DNA of 64,000 nt from Hypanus sabinus (taxonomy: Eukaryota), in NCBI RefSeq assembly GCF_030144855.1, contig NC_082710.1:154132001-154196000 (forward strand). The letters run 5' to 3'. Under the pieces are notes generated by a model that was not told the DNA's origin, did not search any database, and saw only the letters and a program-made list of their open reading frames with translations. Shown here piece by piece: positions 39,421 to 51,382 of this stretch; position 1 is the stretch's first letter; the number at the start of each line of letters is the position of its first letter. The translations under genes were made by a program, and so were the position numbers.

Positions 39421-40550
39421 TTCTGCTCCGCCCTCTCTCGTTTGGCTGAAGCTTTTTGGGCCTTCTTCCATTTGCCCACGACGCTCCAGCCTTCCTCCCC
39501 CTCGGCTCTCCCCTCCTCCATGGACTCCTCCTCCTTTCCTGTGGCGGGTCCTGGAGGGTCTGCGAGGGGGTGGGGGCCCTCGACGTGGTTGCGCCTTCTT
39601 CCCTGCTGGCGTCTTCCGTCATTTCAGGTGCCGCCTCTGCAGGGTGGCGGGTATATCCGATCCTGCCGGGGCCCTTTCAGTGCCAGCACCTCCCCTGGTC
39701 GCCTGTGTGTAGGTGCCGGCACATCTTGGACAGGCCCTGTACAGGTGGTCTCCCTGTCTGCAGAGATTGCAGGACTTGTCCTGCGTGCAGTCCTTGGTGA
39801 GGTGGCCTTCCACCTTACAGTTCCTGCAGATGACCGCCCTGCACTGGGCCGCGATGTGCCCCGCCTTGCCGCAGTTGCGGCAGACCCTGGGCTGCCCGGC
39901 GTAGAGCAGGTAGCCTCGCTTCCCTCCGATGGCGAAGACTGAGCAGCCATTAGAGTCCACCCTCAGCTTCACCTTGACCTGCCGCTTGCTGGTTCAGAAC
40001 CCCAGGCTGTCCTTCACGTCCAGACAAGCTCCTACGCTCTCCACATACCGCGCGAGGAATGTAAGAACATCGGCCACCGGCACGTACGGGTTGAACATGT
40101 GCACGGTGGCGGTCCGTTCCTGCTGGGCGGCAGCGAAGAGGGGCTGTGCTTGTAGCAGCGACAGTGGCGCCTCTCTCCCCTTCTCCTGGAATTGCTGGAG
40201 CAGTTTCTGCCACCCTGCGGGTCGTCGGAAGGTGACGCCGAAGAACCCAGCAAAGCCCTGGACGCAGTAGATGTCGTCAACTGTAAATCCACAGCAGTCC
40301 ATGAAAACCTTCTGGATGAAGGTCAGTCTCATGAATTCTTTGCCCTCGCTCTGGCGTCGCACTGTCAGCCGGACAGTGTTCTTGATGCCTAGGCCTCGGG
40401 CCGATGCGCTGTTATCTTCAGCCATCCTCTCTACCGCTGTCGTCGTAGCTGGAAAGGGGTCTAAGATTGGGAGCTGATCAGCATCAGGATCCACCCCTGT
40501 GTCAGCGCAAAACCTTCTCTGCCTTCCGATCGTCGTGTGTCCCAAAGGAA

Positions 40551-40575
40551 ACTACACTTGATCTCAGCCAAAAGG
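40551..40575 (-). ncRNA. U2 snRNA fragment (nt 13-37), not a functional gene
   Basis: Minus strand CCTTTTGGCTGAGATCAAGTGTAGT versus recalled vertebrate U2 CCTTTTGGCTAAGATCAAGTGTAGT (24/25). Confidence 0.88.
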
Positions 40576-42338
40576 TGACACCAGTTAGTTTGGAGTGATG
40601 AAAACATCTCTTCCACAATGACCGTCAGCACAGGTGCACCAGGCTGTGTGTGTCGCCCCCGATCTACTCACTTGACACTTATGGTGGGGAGGCTAAACAC
40701 AGCTCCAAAGCCATTATTGAAGTTTGCTGGTGACACCACAGTCACTGGCCAAACCAGAGGAGGTGATGAGTCATCATATAGGATGGAGGCTGAAAATCTG
40801 GCCGGGGTGCCACTAACACCACCTCTCACTCAATGTCAGCAAGACCAAAGAGCTGATTATTGGCTTCAGCAGGAGGAAACCAGAGATCCGTGAGCCAGTC
40901 TTCATTGGGGGATCAGAAGGAGAGGGTCAGCAACTTTTAATCCCTCAGTGTTATCATTTCATAGGATCGGTCTTGGGCCCAGCAGGTAAGTGTAATTATG
41001 AAGAAAGCACACTTCGAAGTTTGTGAAGATTCAGCATGGCATCTAAAACCTTAACCAACTTCCATAAATGTGTGGCGGAGAGTATATTGACTGGTATAGA
41101 AACACCAATGCCCTTGAATGGAAAGCCCTATAGAAAATAGCGGATACAGTCCATCATGGGTAAAGCCCTCCCCGCAAATGAGCACATCTACACAGAGTGT
41201 TCTTGTAGGAAAGCAGCTTCCATCATCAAGAAACCTCCCACACCCCAAATGGCCATGCTCTCTTCTACTGCTGCAATTGGGAAGAAGGGTCTGGAGCCTC
41301 AGGACCCAAAACACTATGTTCTCAAACAGCTATTACCCATCAGCCATCAGGTTCTTTAACAAGAGGGGATAATTTCACTTGACCCATCACTGAACTCTTC
41401 CCACAAACTGTAGACTTACTTTCAAGGACATATGGCAATGTACAGGTACTTTGATAATAAATGGAGTTTAAACTTTGAAATTTAAAGTACATGATGACAA
41501 CATCTACCACCCTGCACTTATCAATCCTCTTCAGAAATTAATATCTGTGAAGCATGATTTTCCACACACACATGTCCATATAAATTACCATTTATCAGTC
41601 TTTATCTTTCCAAATCCTGGTAGAAACCTCATTTGCGTTATGTCTACCGGCACCTTCCTTGTTGTAATGTGGATATGTTACACCATTGCTCTTTTCCCTT
41701 CACTTCTCAACTTCCAAAACCTTCTCCACAAATACAGTTGAAAATTATTCATTTAGCACCTTGTCTGCCTCCTGTGGCACCTCCAAATGGTGACCACACT
41801 GATCCTAAAGGGGACGATACTGTCCTTGGTCGGCCTTTTGCTCTTTTACTTCTGGAATCACAGTAGATTATCTCTACTTGTGGTGTCACTCAGCTGCCGA
41901 AGGAGAACTCGAGACACATTCACTTCCACTCTGAATACTTACACAAGTACACATCTTGATATTCAATATTAGTCACTCTATCATTTTTGGGGGAGGGTAC
42001 ACAATCAATCCAAGGGCCTGTGTCCAATGAAACAGTCCCACAACACTTGGTTCAAGTGGACCACCGTGAGCGGCATTGCACAGTAAATGTGAGCAAGTGA
42101 TGGCATTATGCTCACTCTGAATAATTTTATGAATAAGGTTTAATTTTGAAATTAAAACCAAGGTGTCTGCAGAAATGAGGCATTTGGTGCAAGTTCTTGC
42201 CCATCATTCCTCCACGTTTGAAGCACTGACCACTTAAATCTAATCACTGGGAAACGTGGGTTGACCGATTTGATGAAAGTATTCAACCCCAATTTATACA
42301 AGTCGTACTGAAATGAAATTTGTCAGATAGGGACTCAC

Positions 42339-42593
42339 CACTCAATTGATCGGTCGTAGACATTATGAAGAGAATAAGTTTTTTCTGGGCCCTCTCCCAC
42401 TCCGCAGCAAGTGACTTCTTCTTCAGCCACGTGGCCCCCTCGCTCTTCACCATCCACGGCTCTTGGGGAACCAACCTCCGATGACTGTCGTACACCACAA
42501 ACTGGACACCATCCACGCTGGTGACAGCCACTAACTGTGGGAAGTTGGGAATCTTAGTTGTGGAAGTCAGGCAAATCCGGAGAGAGTGCGATT
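42339..42593 (-). CDS. MHC class I-like gene A, alpha1 exon (255 bp): ESHSLRICLTSTTKIPNFPQLVAVTSVDGVQFVVYDSHRRLVPQEPWMVKSEGATWLKKKSLAAEWERAQKKLILFIMSTTDQLS
   Basis: tttcag|AA ... AGT G|gtgagt; class I motifs SHSLR, VDGxQFxxYDS and PxxPW. Confidence 0.92.
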
Positions 42594-42872
42594 CTGAAAC
42601 AAAGAGAGGGGGGAAGCCAGGGACAAAACAAAGCAACCTGTCGCAGCCGATACGACGCGGAGACCAAGTCACAGGCTGGTTCCTTTATCCCCGTCTGCTG
42701 TTTAACACATGGAAAGTAGTCAGCGATCTCCATGGTCTCGCCAGAAGCCCTGCCCAAAGTGGGGCATAACATCACAATGAGGAACGTGGGTCAGTGGGGC
42801 AATGACACAGCCTTGTCCAACGTTGGTCCTCACAGAGGTTGCTGCTGGTCAGGGATGCACATGCACCCCTCC

Positions 42873-42900
42873 ACACACACACACGCACATGCACCCCCTC

Positions 42901-42938
<38 letters not shown>
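42873..42938. repeat. (CA)n microsatellite in intron 1 of gene A; a shorter one at about 43277-43300
   Basis: Read directly. Confidence 0.9.
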
Positions 42939-42939
<1 letters not shown>

Positions 42940-43469
42940 CGTGAAGGGAATGTAACAAGCTACTGTAACTGATGGGGGGGGGGGGGAGATGGTGTCCAGT
43001 CAGAAGTAGGTTGTGCGTCGCCTGTCTCAGGTGAAACAACAGGAAGGGTGTTGCCAGGATGAAGTTTTGAGGTTGGAATATGTTAATTAGAATGAAACAC
43101 CCAGTCAGGGACAGTTGTCCGCTGATGTTAAAGTGAAAGTTTTCATCCGCACAAGTAGGTGAGAGCCCAGTTGTAATGACAAACTTAGTTTCAGCAACAT
43201 CACGGGACATAGCATCCGAGACGCAATCTTCAAAAGAAAATACATATATACAGATTATGCAAAAAGAACATAATTAAAACACACACACACACACATACAC
43301 ACCCCTTCTCCACTCCCTCTCCACATCTCTTCCCTCCGCGCACGCTCCGGTCCCAAGCTCCGTTCGGAGCCCCTATCATTCACTCTAACATGACAATCCG
43401 AACTCCCGGACTCGCTGTCGGAAGGAAAACTTTTCCCAGCCTTTGAAACCCTCCCACCCCGTCACCCAC

Positions 43470-43518
43470 CTGCGGAGACAGCGTCGCATAGCAAAGTCAA
43501 CACCATCAGCACCATCAT
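43470..43518 (-). CDS. MHC class I-like gene A, leader exon: MMVLMVLTLLCDAVSA
   Basis: ATG at 43518, hydrophobic signal peptide ending in VSA, donor G|gtgggt, phase 1 compatible with alpha1. Confidence 0.88.
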
Positions 43519-43580
43519 TCTCCGGGAACCCGTCCGCTCTGTATCTGGGACCCAGAATTGTCAATTGATGAGGTTTGTGT

Positions 43581-43600
43581 CCAATCAGTCACGTCGCCAA
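43581..43600 (-). promoter_or_regulatory. Class I promoter elements: Y box CTGATTGG (43588-43581) with adjacent CRE/X2-like GACGTGA and RFX half-site-like TGGCGAC, inside a CpG-rich segment (about 43320-43900)
   Basis: Exact Y-box octamer 63 nt upstream of the ATG; X/X2 assignment is by resemblance only. Confidence 0.6.
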
Positions 43601-44079
43601 GTGGCGTGTCACCAGTCTCCGGGTAAAAGCGCCTGAAGAAGTTTGCCAGTCAGCTGTTCCAACACCGAAAGTGTTTCTTGCGAAATATTCACGAACGTTC
43701 ATGCACGGGCGCAATGTAAAACTTACTCGCAGCGATCACCTGTCCTGACGACAGGTTCACCGAATAAACTCCCACCTACATTACCCGTTGAAAGTGTCCT
43801 GTCTGGCTGCATCACGGTCTGGAACAGCGAACGCGCGGGTTACAAAGCAGCTGAAAAGAATACACGGCTCTGCACATCACGGGCACGAAGCTAAAATCGG
43901 AATCATCGGGATCTCAGCTGAGTAAAGATATGAGAGAGGAGCTGGCCAAAGTGGATTGGAAGCGGACACCAACCTGGGTGACGGTAGAGCAACAATGTCT
44001 GGAGATTTCGAGAGCAACTCGGAAGGTACCGCGTCAGTTCATCCCAATGAAGTAGTATTTTAAATGGAGGGTGACTTAT

Positions 44080-45235
44080 TCGCGACTAATGCCTCTGACA
44101 AGGTTCCACACGGAAGGTTAGTTAGGAAGGTTCAATCGTTAGGTATTAATATTGAAGTAGTAAAATGGATTCAACAGTGGCTGGATGGGAGATGCCAGAG
44201 AGTGATGGTGGATAACTGTTTGTCAGGTTGGTGGCCGGTGACTAGTGGTGTGCCTCATGGATCTGTACTGTGTCCAATGTTGTTTGTCAGATACATTAAT
44301 GATCTGGATGGTGGGGTGGTAAATTGGATAAGTACGCAGATGATACTAAGATAGTTGGTGGTGTGGATAATGAAGTAGGTTTTCAAAGCTTGCAGAGATT
44401 TAGGCCAGTTAGAAGAGTGGGCTGAAAGATGGCAGATGGAGTTTAATGCTGATAAGTGTGAGGTGCTACATTTTGGTAGGGATAATCAAAATAGGACATA
44501 CATGGTAAATAACAGGGCATTGAAGAATGTAGTAGAACAGAGTGATCTAGGAATAACGGTGCATTGTTCCCTGAAGGTGGAATCTCATGTGGATAGCATG
44601 GTGAAGAAAGCTTTTGGTATGCTGGCCTTTATAAATCAGAGCATTGAGTATAGGAGTTGGGATGTAATGTTAAAATTGTACAAGGCATTGGTCAGGCCAA
44701 ATTTGGAGTACTGTGTACAGTTCTGGTCACCAAATTATAGGAAAGATGTCAACAAAATAGAGAGTACAGAGAAGATTTACTGGAATGTTACCTGGGTTTC
44801 AGCACCTAAGTTACAGAGAAAGGTTGAACAAGTTAGGTCTTTATTCTTTGGAGCGTAGAAGGTTGAGGGGGGGGGACTTGATAGAGGTATTTAAAATTAT
44901 GAGGGGGATAGATAGAGTTGATGTGGATAGGCTTTTTCCATTGGGTAGGGGAGATTCAAACAAGAGGACATGAGTTGAGAGTTAAGGGGCAAAAGTTTAG
45001 GGGTAACATGAGGGGGAACTTCTTTACTCAGAGAGTGGTAGCTGTGTGGAACGAGCTTCCAGTAGAGGTGGTAGAGGCAGGTTTGGTATTGTCATTTTGT
45101 ATAGGTATATGGACAGGGAAGGAATGGAGGGTTATGGGCTGAGTGCAGGTCAGTGGGACTAGGTGAGAGTAAGCTTTCGGCATGGACTAGAAGGGCCGAG
45201 ATGGCCTGTTTCTGTGCTGTCATTGTTATATGGAC
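44080..45235 (+). mobile_element. CR1 LINE 3' fragment (RT C-terminus plus 3'UTR)
   Basis: FDKVPHGRL, SGVPxGSVL, MEFNADKCEVLHFG, LVRPNLEYCVQFWSP; a same-subfamily tail lies at about 51615-51915; other CR1 relics at about 13880-14420 (-) and 49230-50270 (-). Confidence 0.9.
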
Positions 45236-47599
45236 AAGGGGAAGACACAAAACCAAAAGAGGCCTTGGAAAGCTAGAGTATTCGGAGACTTTTAACAAAG
45301 AATAGGAGGCATCTGAAAAGCGTTTCCATTCTGAAAAGGTGACACACTGCAGATCGACTCCAGCTGGCTTCAGGAGTGTCTCATCCGCTGCAGATTTTCT
45401 CCTGTTAAATTCTGAAGAAGGGAACTGAAGAGATTATGGAGACATTAGTAGTGATAAAACATAGAATATATTGCGTAGAGTTCTGATTGCCCCACTATAG
45501 GCAGGACTTTGAGGCTTTGGAGAGGTTTAGAAGATGTTTACCAGGATGCTGCCTGGATTAGAGGGGAAGTACCATCACCAGAGGCTGGATGAACGTGGGT
45601 TGTTTTCTCTGGAGTGCCTGAGGCTGAGGGGAGATCTGATAGAGGCTTACAAGGCTATGAGAGGCATCGATAAAGTGGACCCAGAGCATCTGTTTCCCAG
45701 GGTTGAAAATGTATAATACCAGAGGGCTTGCATTGAATGTGAGCAGGGGTAGGTTAAAAGGGGAAAAGAGGGCAAGTTCTTTTTTTTTTAAACTCAGAGT
45801 CACGAATGCCTGGAATATTTTCTAAATGGGGAGAACGTAGAACGTTCAGAAATTGGAGATGTAAAAGGATTTGGGAGCTTTAATGCAGGATTGAAGGATG
45901 AGTTGCAGGTTGAGTGATAGGGAGACAATGCAAAGTTAGCATTCATTTTGAGAGGAAAGGAAGCTTTATAAGGCATTGGTCAGACCATACTTGGAGTATT
46001 GTAAGTAATTCTGGGCCCCATATCCAAGGAAGCACATGTTGGCATTGGAGAGGATCCAGAGGAAGTTTAAAAGAATAATCCTCCTTTACCCTGAAATTCC
46101 TTAACATATCAATACGCTCAGCATTGATTTCTCTATCCTTCACACCCTTTTCTTTGGTAAATTCTGATGTAGGTACTCATTAAGGACCTCACCCACATCC
46201 AGACAAGCATTTCCCCTTATTGTTCTGATGTTACTCTCTCCCTGGTTAGCCTCTTTCTTTTGATGTATAGGATGCCTTGGAATTCTCTTTAATCCTACTT
46301 GCCAAGGACTTCTCATGGTCCATCTTGGCTTTCCTACTTAGCTTCTGGAGTTCTTTTCTGGCATCTTTATAATCCTCAAGGACTCCGATTCTAGCTTCCT
46401 CAGCTTTACATACTTTTTTTTCCCCTTCTTTACTCCCTCGACATCCAAGGTTCCTTTATCTTGCCCTCCTTCAGACCGGAACATGTCTGTCCTGTCCTCT
46501 GTCTTTAAACACCCTCCATGTATCAGATGAGGACTTGCCCAGAAATAACTCTTTCCATTTAACTCCAAATCCATCGCAATGCTCTTGTGGTGAGTTCTAA
46601 TGGTGAGAATGCTTTGGCAATGAGAGCTGTCAGGAGAGAATGAACAGGCTGGTTCAAGCTGACAGTAACTCAGATAACCATGCATTACAACAGTGGTGTG
46701 CAGAAAGGCAACCCTGAGCGTACAACAGGTTGAATTTTGAAGCGGATGGGTTGCAGCAACAGAAGACGAGAGACATACCCTCAGTGGCCACTTTCTCAGG
46801 GACTTCCTCTACCTAATAAAGTGTAAATGACCCATTTTATTCCCTGCAAACTAAATCCTCCCCCTCACACTCTCCCTCTCCTACATTCTACATCTTTCAT
46901 ACCCTGCCTTGCTCTCCCACTACCCTCTGTTCTCACACCTCGTTATGACTCGAGGTTCCTCCTCCCCACCCCTGACTAGCACCATGTGATTCAGTGAGAC
47001 CCAATCACAGCGCAGAAGGACCCAGGGTGGGCGAGAGCTGGCAGAGGAAGACAGTGGGACTGGATGGTTGGGGCAAGACCTCTGGTAGCAAGGAGGAAGA
47101 CTTTCCCAACAACTACCTCAGAATCTACCCTTCACTCACACACTGGTGGTAGCTTACCTACAATGTGTGTCGTTGGGATGTGGGAAGAAACCACAGCGAA
47201 AACCCAAGAGGTCACAAGGAAAATGTTCAAACTTCACACGCAGACAGGGCCAGAGGTCAGGATTGAACCCGTGTCCGCACAGCTGTGAGGCAGCAGTCTT
47301 ACTTGCTGAGCCACAGAGCTGTCCTTTGCTCAGGGTGTTCTTCCAAGCCATATCATTCAGCTCAGCAATCCTTGCTGACACTCAGATCAATCGCAACAGT
47401 CATGTCCTGGGTCTTCCCTCTCTGTCAGTGTGGGTGAAGCCGGAGCTGGGATTCTAGGTGTGGAATCCCAGGAATTTGGTTCTTCAAAGTCTTAAAAATT
47501 CCCTTGGTAAAGGTGGACTGGTTTCCAACAGAGGCCAGGCCATTGAAAAACATAGTACCAGGAATGATGTCTCATGTTAAAACAAGTCACCATATTTGC

Positions 47600-48490
47600 A
47601 TATGTTTACAAATAATGCAATAATGTTATGTACATTCTTCTCCATCATCTGCATGTAGTGATTTATCCACCCCAGTATCCATCGGAAAGAAAATATTATT
47701 GATCATAACGTTAAGTAGTAAAGGGCTACAAACTCTGCTTTGTGGGGTCCCATTCTCCATATCATAGACTCAAATATATCTGCATACACTGTTCAAATAA
47801 AAAACTCGAGAAAAAATATACTCGCTCCTAATTTCCATAACTTATTCTATAGTTCTTCCATTCATAACATAGCAGTATTTATTGATATTAAAAGACAGCT
47901 GATATTACAAATTATTTACCTTTGCTTTCCTAATATCTTCTTCCAAACATAAAACTGAATCCAACGTCATTCTACCTTTCTGAAATCCGCTCTGATAAAA
48001 TATTATATCACCTCTCTTTTCAAAAAAATATAATTCAAATGCTTATTATCGTGTGTTCCCCAAGTTTCCACAACTGAGACATTAGTAATATTGGCCTAGA
48101 ACTAAAAGGATCTGACGGGGGTTTCACAGGTTTTAGAACAGGTATGACTACTGCCATTTTCCAGGTGGAAAGAAGGTGGCCTACCCACAAAATATGATTC
48201 AAAAATTTTAATATTATCTTAAGAAAGTTGTTAGTCACATGTTGAATACAATAACACATCATCCTTTCCTGGAGATGTCTGACCTGCATTAATAATAGCC
48301 TTCATTAATTCACACAAATAAAACTCTACTTCATTATTACTATCGTTGCTACAACTGCCTTCCAACACATCAGGGTATTCACCAAGAACCTTATGCCAAC
48401 ATTGTTTAATTTCTTCGCTCAAATTATCTTGATTATGAATTACAGCAGATGACCCAGCCAGTAACTCAACCTTCCCTAGTTCAGTAACAA
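47600..48490 (-). mobile_element. Old AT-rich LINE RT remnant (I/Nimb/Jockey-like)
   Basis: TSPGKDD and WKMAVVIPVLKPVKPPSDPFSSRPILLMS resemble WKxAxVIPIxKPGK...SYRPISLTS; interrupted by the Penelope copy at 48497. Confidence 0.6.
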
Positions 48491-48496
48491 TTATCA

Positions 48497-49220
48497 CACA
48501 GAAAATGCTGGTGGAACGCAGCAGGCCAGGCAGCATCTATAAGGAGAAGCACTGTCGACGTTTCGGGCCGAGACCCTTTGCGTCAGGACTAACTGAAAGG
48601 AGAGACACCAAGAGATTTGAAAGTAGTGGGGGGGGGGGGGAAAGGGGGAAATGCAAAATAATAGAAGACCCGGGGGGGGGGGGCAGGATGAAGCCAAGAG
48701 CTGGAAAGGTGATTGGTGAAAGTGATACAGAGCTGGAGAAGAGAAACGATCGTGGGACGGGAGGCCTCAGGAGAAAGAAAGGGAGAGGGGGAGCACCAGA
48801 GGGAGATGGAGAACAGGCAGAGTGATGGGCAGAGAGAGAGAAAAAAACAACTAAATATGTCAGGGATGGGGTAAGAAGGGAGGAGGGGCATTAACGGAAG
48901 TTAGAGAAGTCAATGTTCATGCCATCAGGTTGGAGGCTACCCAGTTGGTATATAAGGTGTTGTTCCTCCAACCTGAATGTGGCTTCATCTTGACAGTAGA
49001 GGAGGCCATGGATAGACATATCAGAATGGGGATGGGACGTGGAATTAAAATGTGTGGCCACTGGGAGATCCTGCTTTCTCTGGCGGACCGAGTGTAGGTG
49101 TTCAGCAAAACAGTCTCCCAGTCTGTGTCGGGTCTCACCAATATATAAAAAGCCACACCGGGAACACCAGACGCAGTATACCACACCAGCCGACTCACAG
49201 GTGAAGTGTCGCCTCACCTG
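48497..49220 (-). mobile_element. Penelope 3' fragment (GIY-YIG plus terminal repeat)
   Basis: ORF 48891-49274 VVYCVWCSRCGFLYIGETRHRLGDCFAEH; closely similar to 3140-3820. Confidence 0.9.
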
Positions 49221-50721
49221 GGGCCTGAGGACTGTCTGGGGTCCTGAAGCATCCTCTCCACACCACTCTTTCAAGGCCTCTCACCATTTGATAGGTAGCA
49301 ATGAGGCGACTCCTCATTCTTCTGAATTCTAGTGAATGCAAGCCCAGAGCCATCAAACACTCTTCATGTGACAAGCGGTTCAATCCTGGAATCGTTTTCA
49401 TGAACCTGCTTTGATCCTCTCCAGTTTCGGCACGTCCCTTCTAAGATAAGAGGTCCAGTACTGCTCACAATGCTCCAGGAGAGCCCTCACCAATGCCTTA
49501 TTACATCTCAACATTGCATTATATCCATGCTTTTAGATTCTAGTCCTGAGGTGTACCCCATCTGGTTCAGGTGATTAATTTGCTCTCAGACCTTTCAGTT
49601 TCCCAAGAAACTTCTCCGTAGTAATGGCAACTTTACGCACTTCTGACCCCTTACATCTAGAAATTCCACCACACTGCTGGTGTCATCTACAATGAAGACT
49701 GATGCAAAATGTTTAGTCTGTTTGTCCAGCATGTCCTTGTCCCCCATTACTACCTCACCAGCATCATTTTCCAGTGGTCCAATATCCACTCTTGCCTTCC
49801 TTTTACATGTTATAGATCTGAGGAAACTTCTGTTATCCTCTTTCATCTTATTGGCTAACTTACTTTCATATTCCATCTTTACCTTCTTAATTAATGACTT
49901 TAAGTTGCCTTCTGTTGGTCTTTGAAAACATCCCAACCCGAACTTCCCACAGGTTTTTCACTATTATAGCCCCTTTTTAGATTTTATATTGATTTTTACT
50001 TCTCTTGTTAGCTACGGTTATGTCATCTTGCCTTCAGAATACTTCTTTCTCTTTGGGATGTAGGAATCCTGTGCCTTCCAAGTTGCTTCCAGAAACTCCA
50101 GCCATTGCTGCTCTGCTGTCATCCCTGCCAGTGTTCTTTTCCAATCAGTTCTGGCCAACTCCTCTCTCGTGCTTCTGTAATTCTCTTTACTCCACTGTAA
50201 TACTGATACATCTGACTTCAGCTTCTCCTTCTCAGATTTGAGGGTGATTTCGATCATCTTTCCTTAGCCACGACTCAGTGATGCCTTCAACATCACACAC
50301 GCCAACCTGTACCTGTGCTGTAGGCTTATTTACCTTATTCTGTATACTGCGCACAATCACATATAACACCTTCAGTCCTGTATTCATTCTTTTCAATTTT
50401 GTCTGCTTTTACATTGCAACTCATCCTGTTGACTACAATTTTGCCCTATCATCAGTCTCCCCTTCCGAGGAGTCTCACTACACATGGCCTCTTTTGTAAA
50501 CTCATCCTCAGCACTATCACTCCAGTTCCCATCCCCCTGCCAAATTATTTTAAACCCGGCTGAACAAATCTAGCAAAAATACCCAAAGGATATCAATCCA
50601 AACCCAAGCTTGTTAATATAGGACACCTGTGATCCCAATTTCCCATGGTTCCTCTTGACACAGAAAAGGCCATTCAGCCCATCAAACCTACACCAGCTGT
50701 TTTTAAAATTGTATCGCTATG

Positions 50722-51382
50722 TTTATTCAAATAGATACAATATCACAGCAATACTCTATTCACATTTAAATATTTCATAAATAACACTATTTACAGTTAC
50801 AATCATCACTGTCCACAGCACACTCTAGCCCTTGAGGGTCCTACCTTGAAAGATGTGCTGGTTTTAAATTGTTGACAGTTTAGTGGACCAACATAACAGC
50901 AGGAATACGAGACACACCAAAACACACTTGGGTCATATGTACTATCTGGCTCAGAGAGTTTACAAATGGCAGGCTAAGGTTCCAGTTGAGAGTGCAGAAG
51001 CCAGGCATTAGGGGGAGGAATTGATCATCATTTTAAACTAATGACTCTCCCTTAGAATTGGGGAAGATTTGAAAACAAAAGCTGTGGCAATGTGGAAAGG
51101 AGGGGGTGGAGACGGAGGGTGCTGAAGGTGGACAAATCCCATCTGGTTCTGCACAGAACCAGATACACAGGTTTGGACAGGTGGCATGATTTTTAAGTAA
51201 GCGCCACACATCTGGCATGTTATGTACAGTAACGGAGGCGTGCGGGAGCTGATGGGACCACCACAGATCCATGGAGACCCAATCCAGAATCAAGCAGCCT
51301 TGACTTGAAGCGATGAGCTGAGAAGTTCTCTCAGTCCTCTCCCCAGTCAACCTCTCGTCCTCACTGACTGCCAGAGAGATCA
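50722..51382 (-). other. Gene B terminal 3'UTR exon with AATAAA at 50727-50722
   Basis: Acceptor ctcttccgcag|TGAT; homologous to the gene A terminal exon. Confidence 0.6.

Larger units (their letters stand above)
35106..40575 (-). mobile_element. Full-length Tx1-clade (Keno-like) non-LTR retrotransposon, frameshifted, with 10-bp TSD and U2 snRNA-derived 5' end
   Basis: ORF1 from about 40425 with three CCHC knuckles (CRNCGKAGHIAAQC, CRNCKVEGHLTKDC, CNLCRQGDHLYRAC); ORF2 38852-35321 with APE (VNVHGL, FLQEC, SRIDF, SDH), RT (WRPISLLNVDYKIL, SLDQEKAFD, YMDD) and C-terminal CxxxC..HxxxxC; TSD TGACACCAGT at 35096-35105 and 40576-40585. Confidence 0.93.

Noticed and set aside
40551-40575. Functional U2 snRNA gene
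   Set aside because: Only nt 13-37 are present, with no Sm site or downstream stems; it lies inside the TSD of the retroelement
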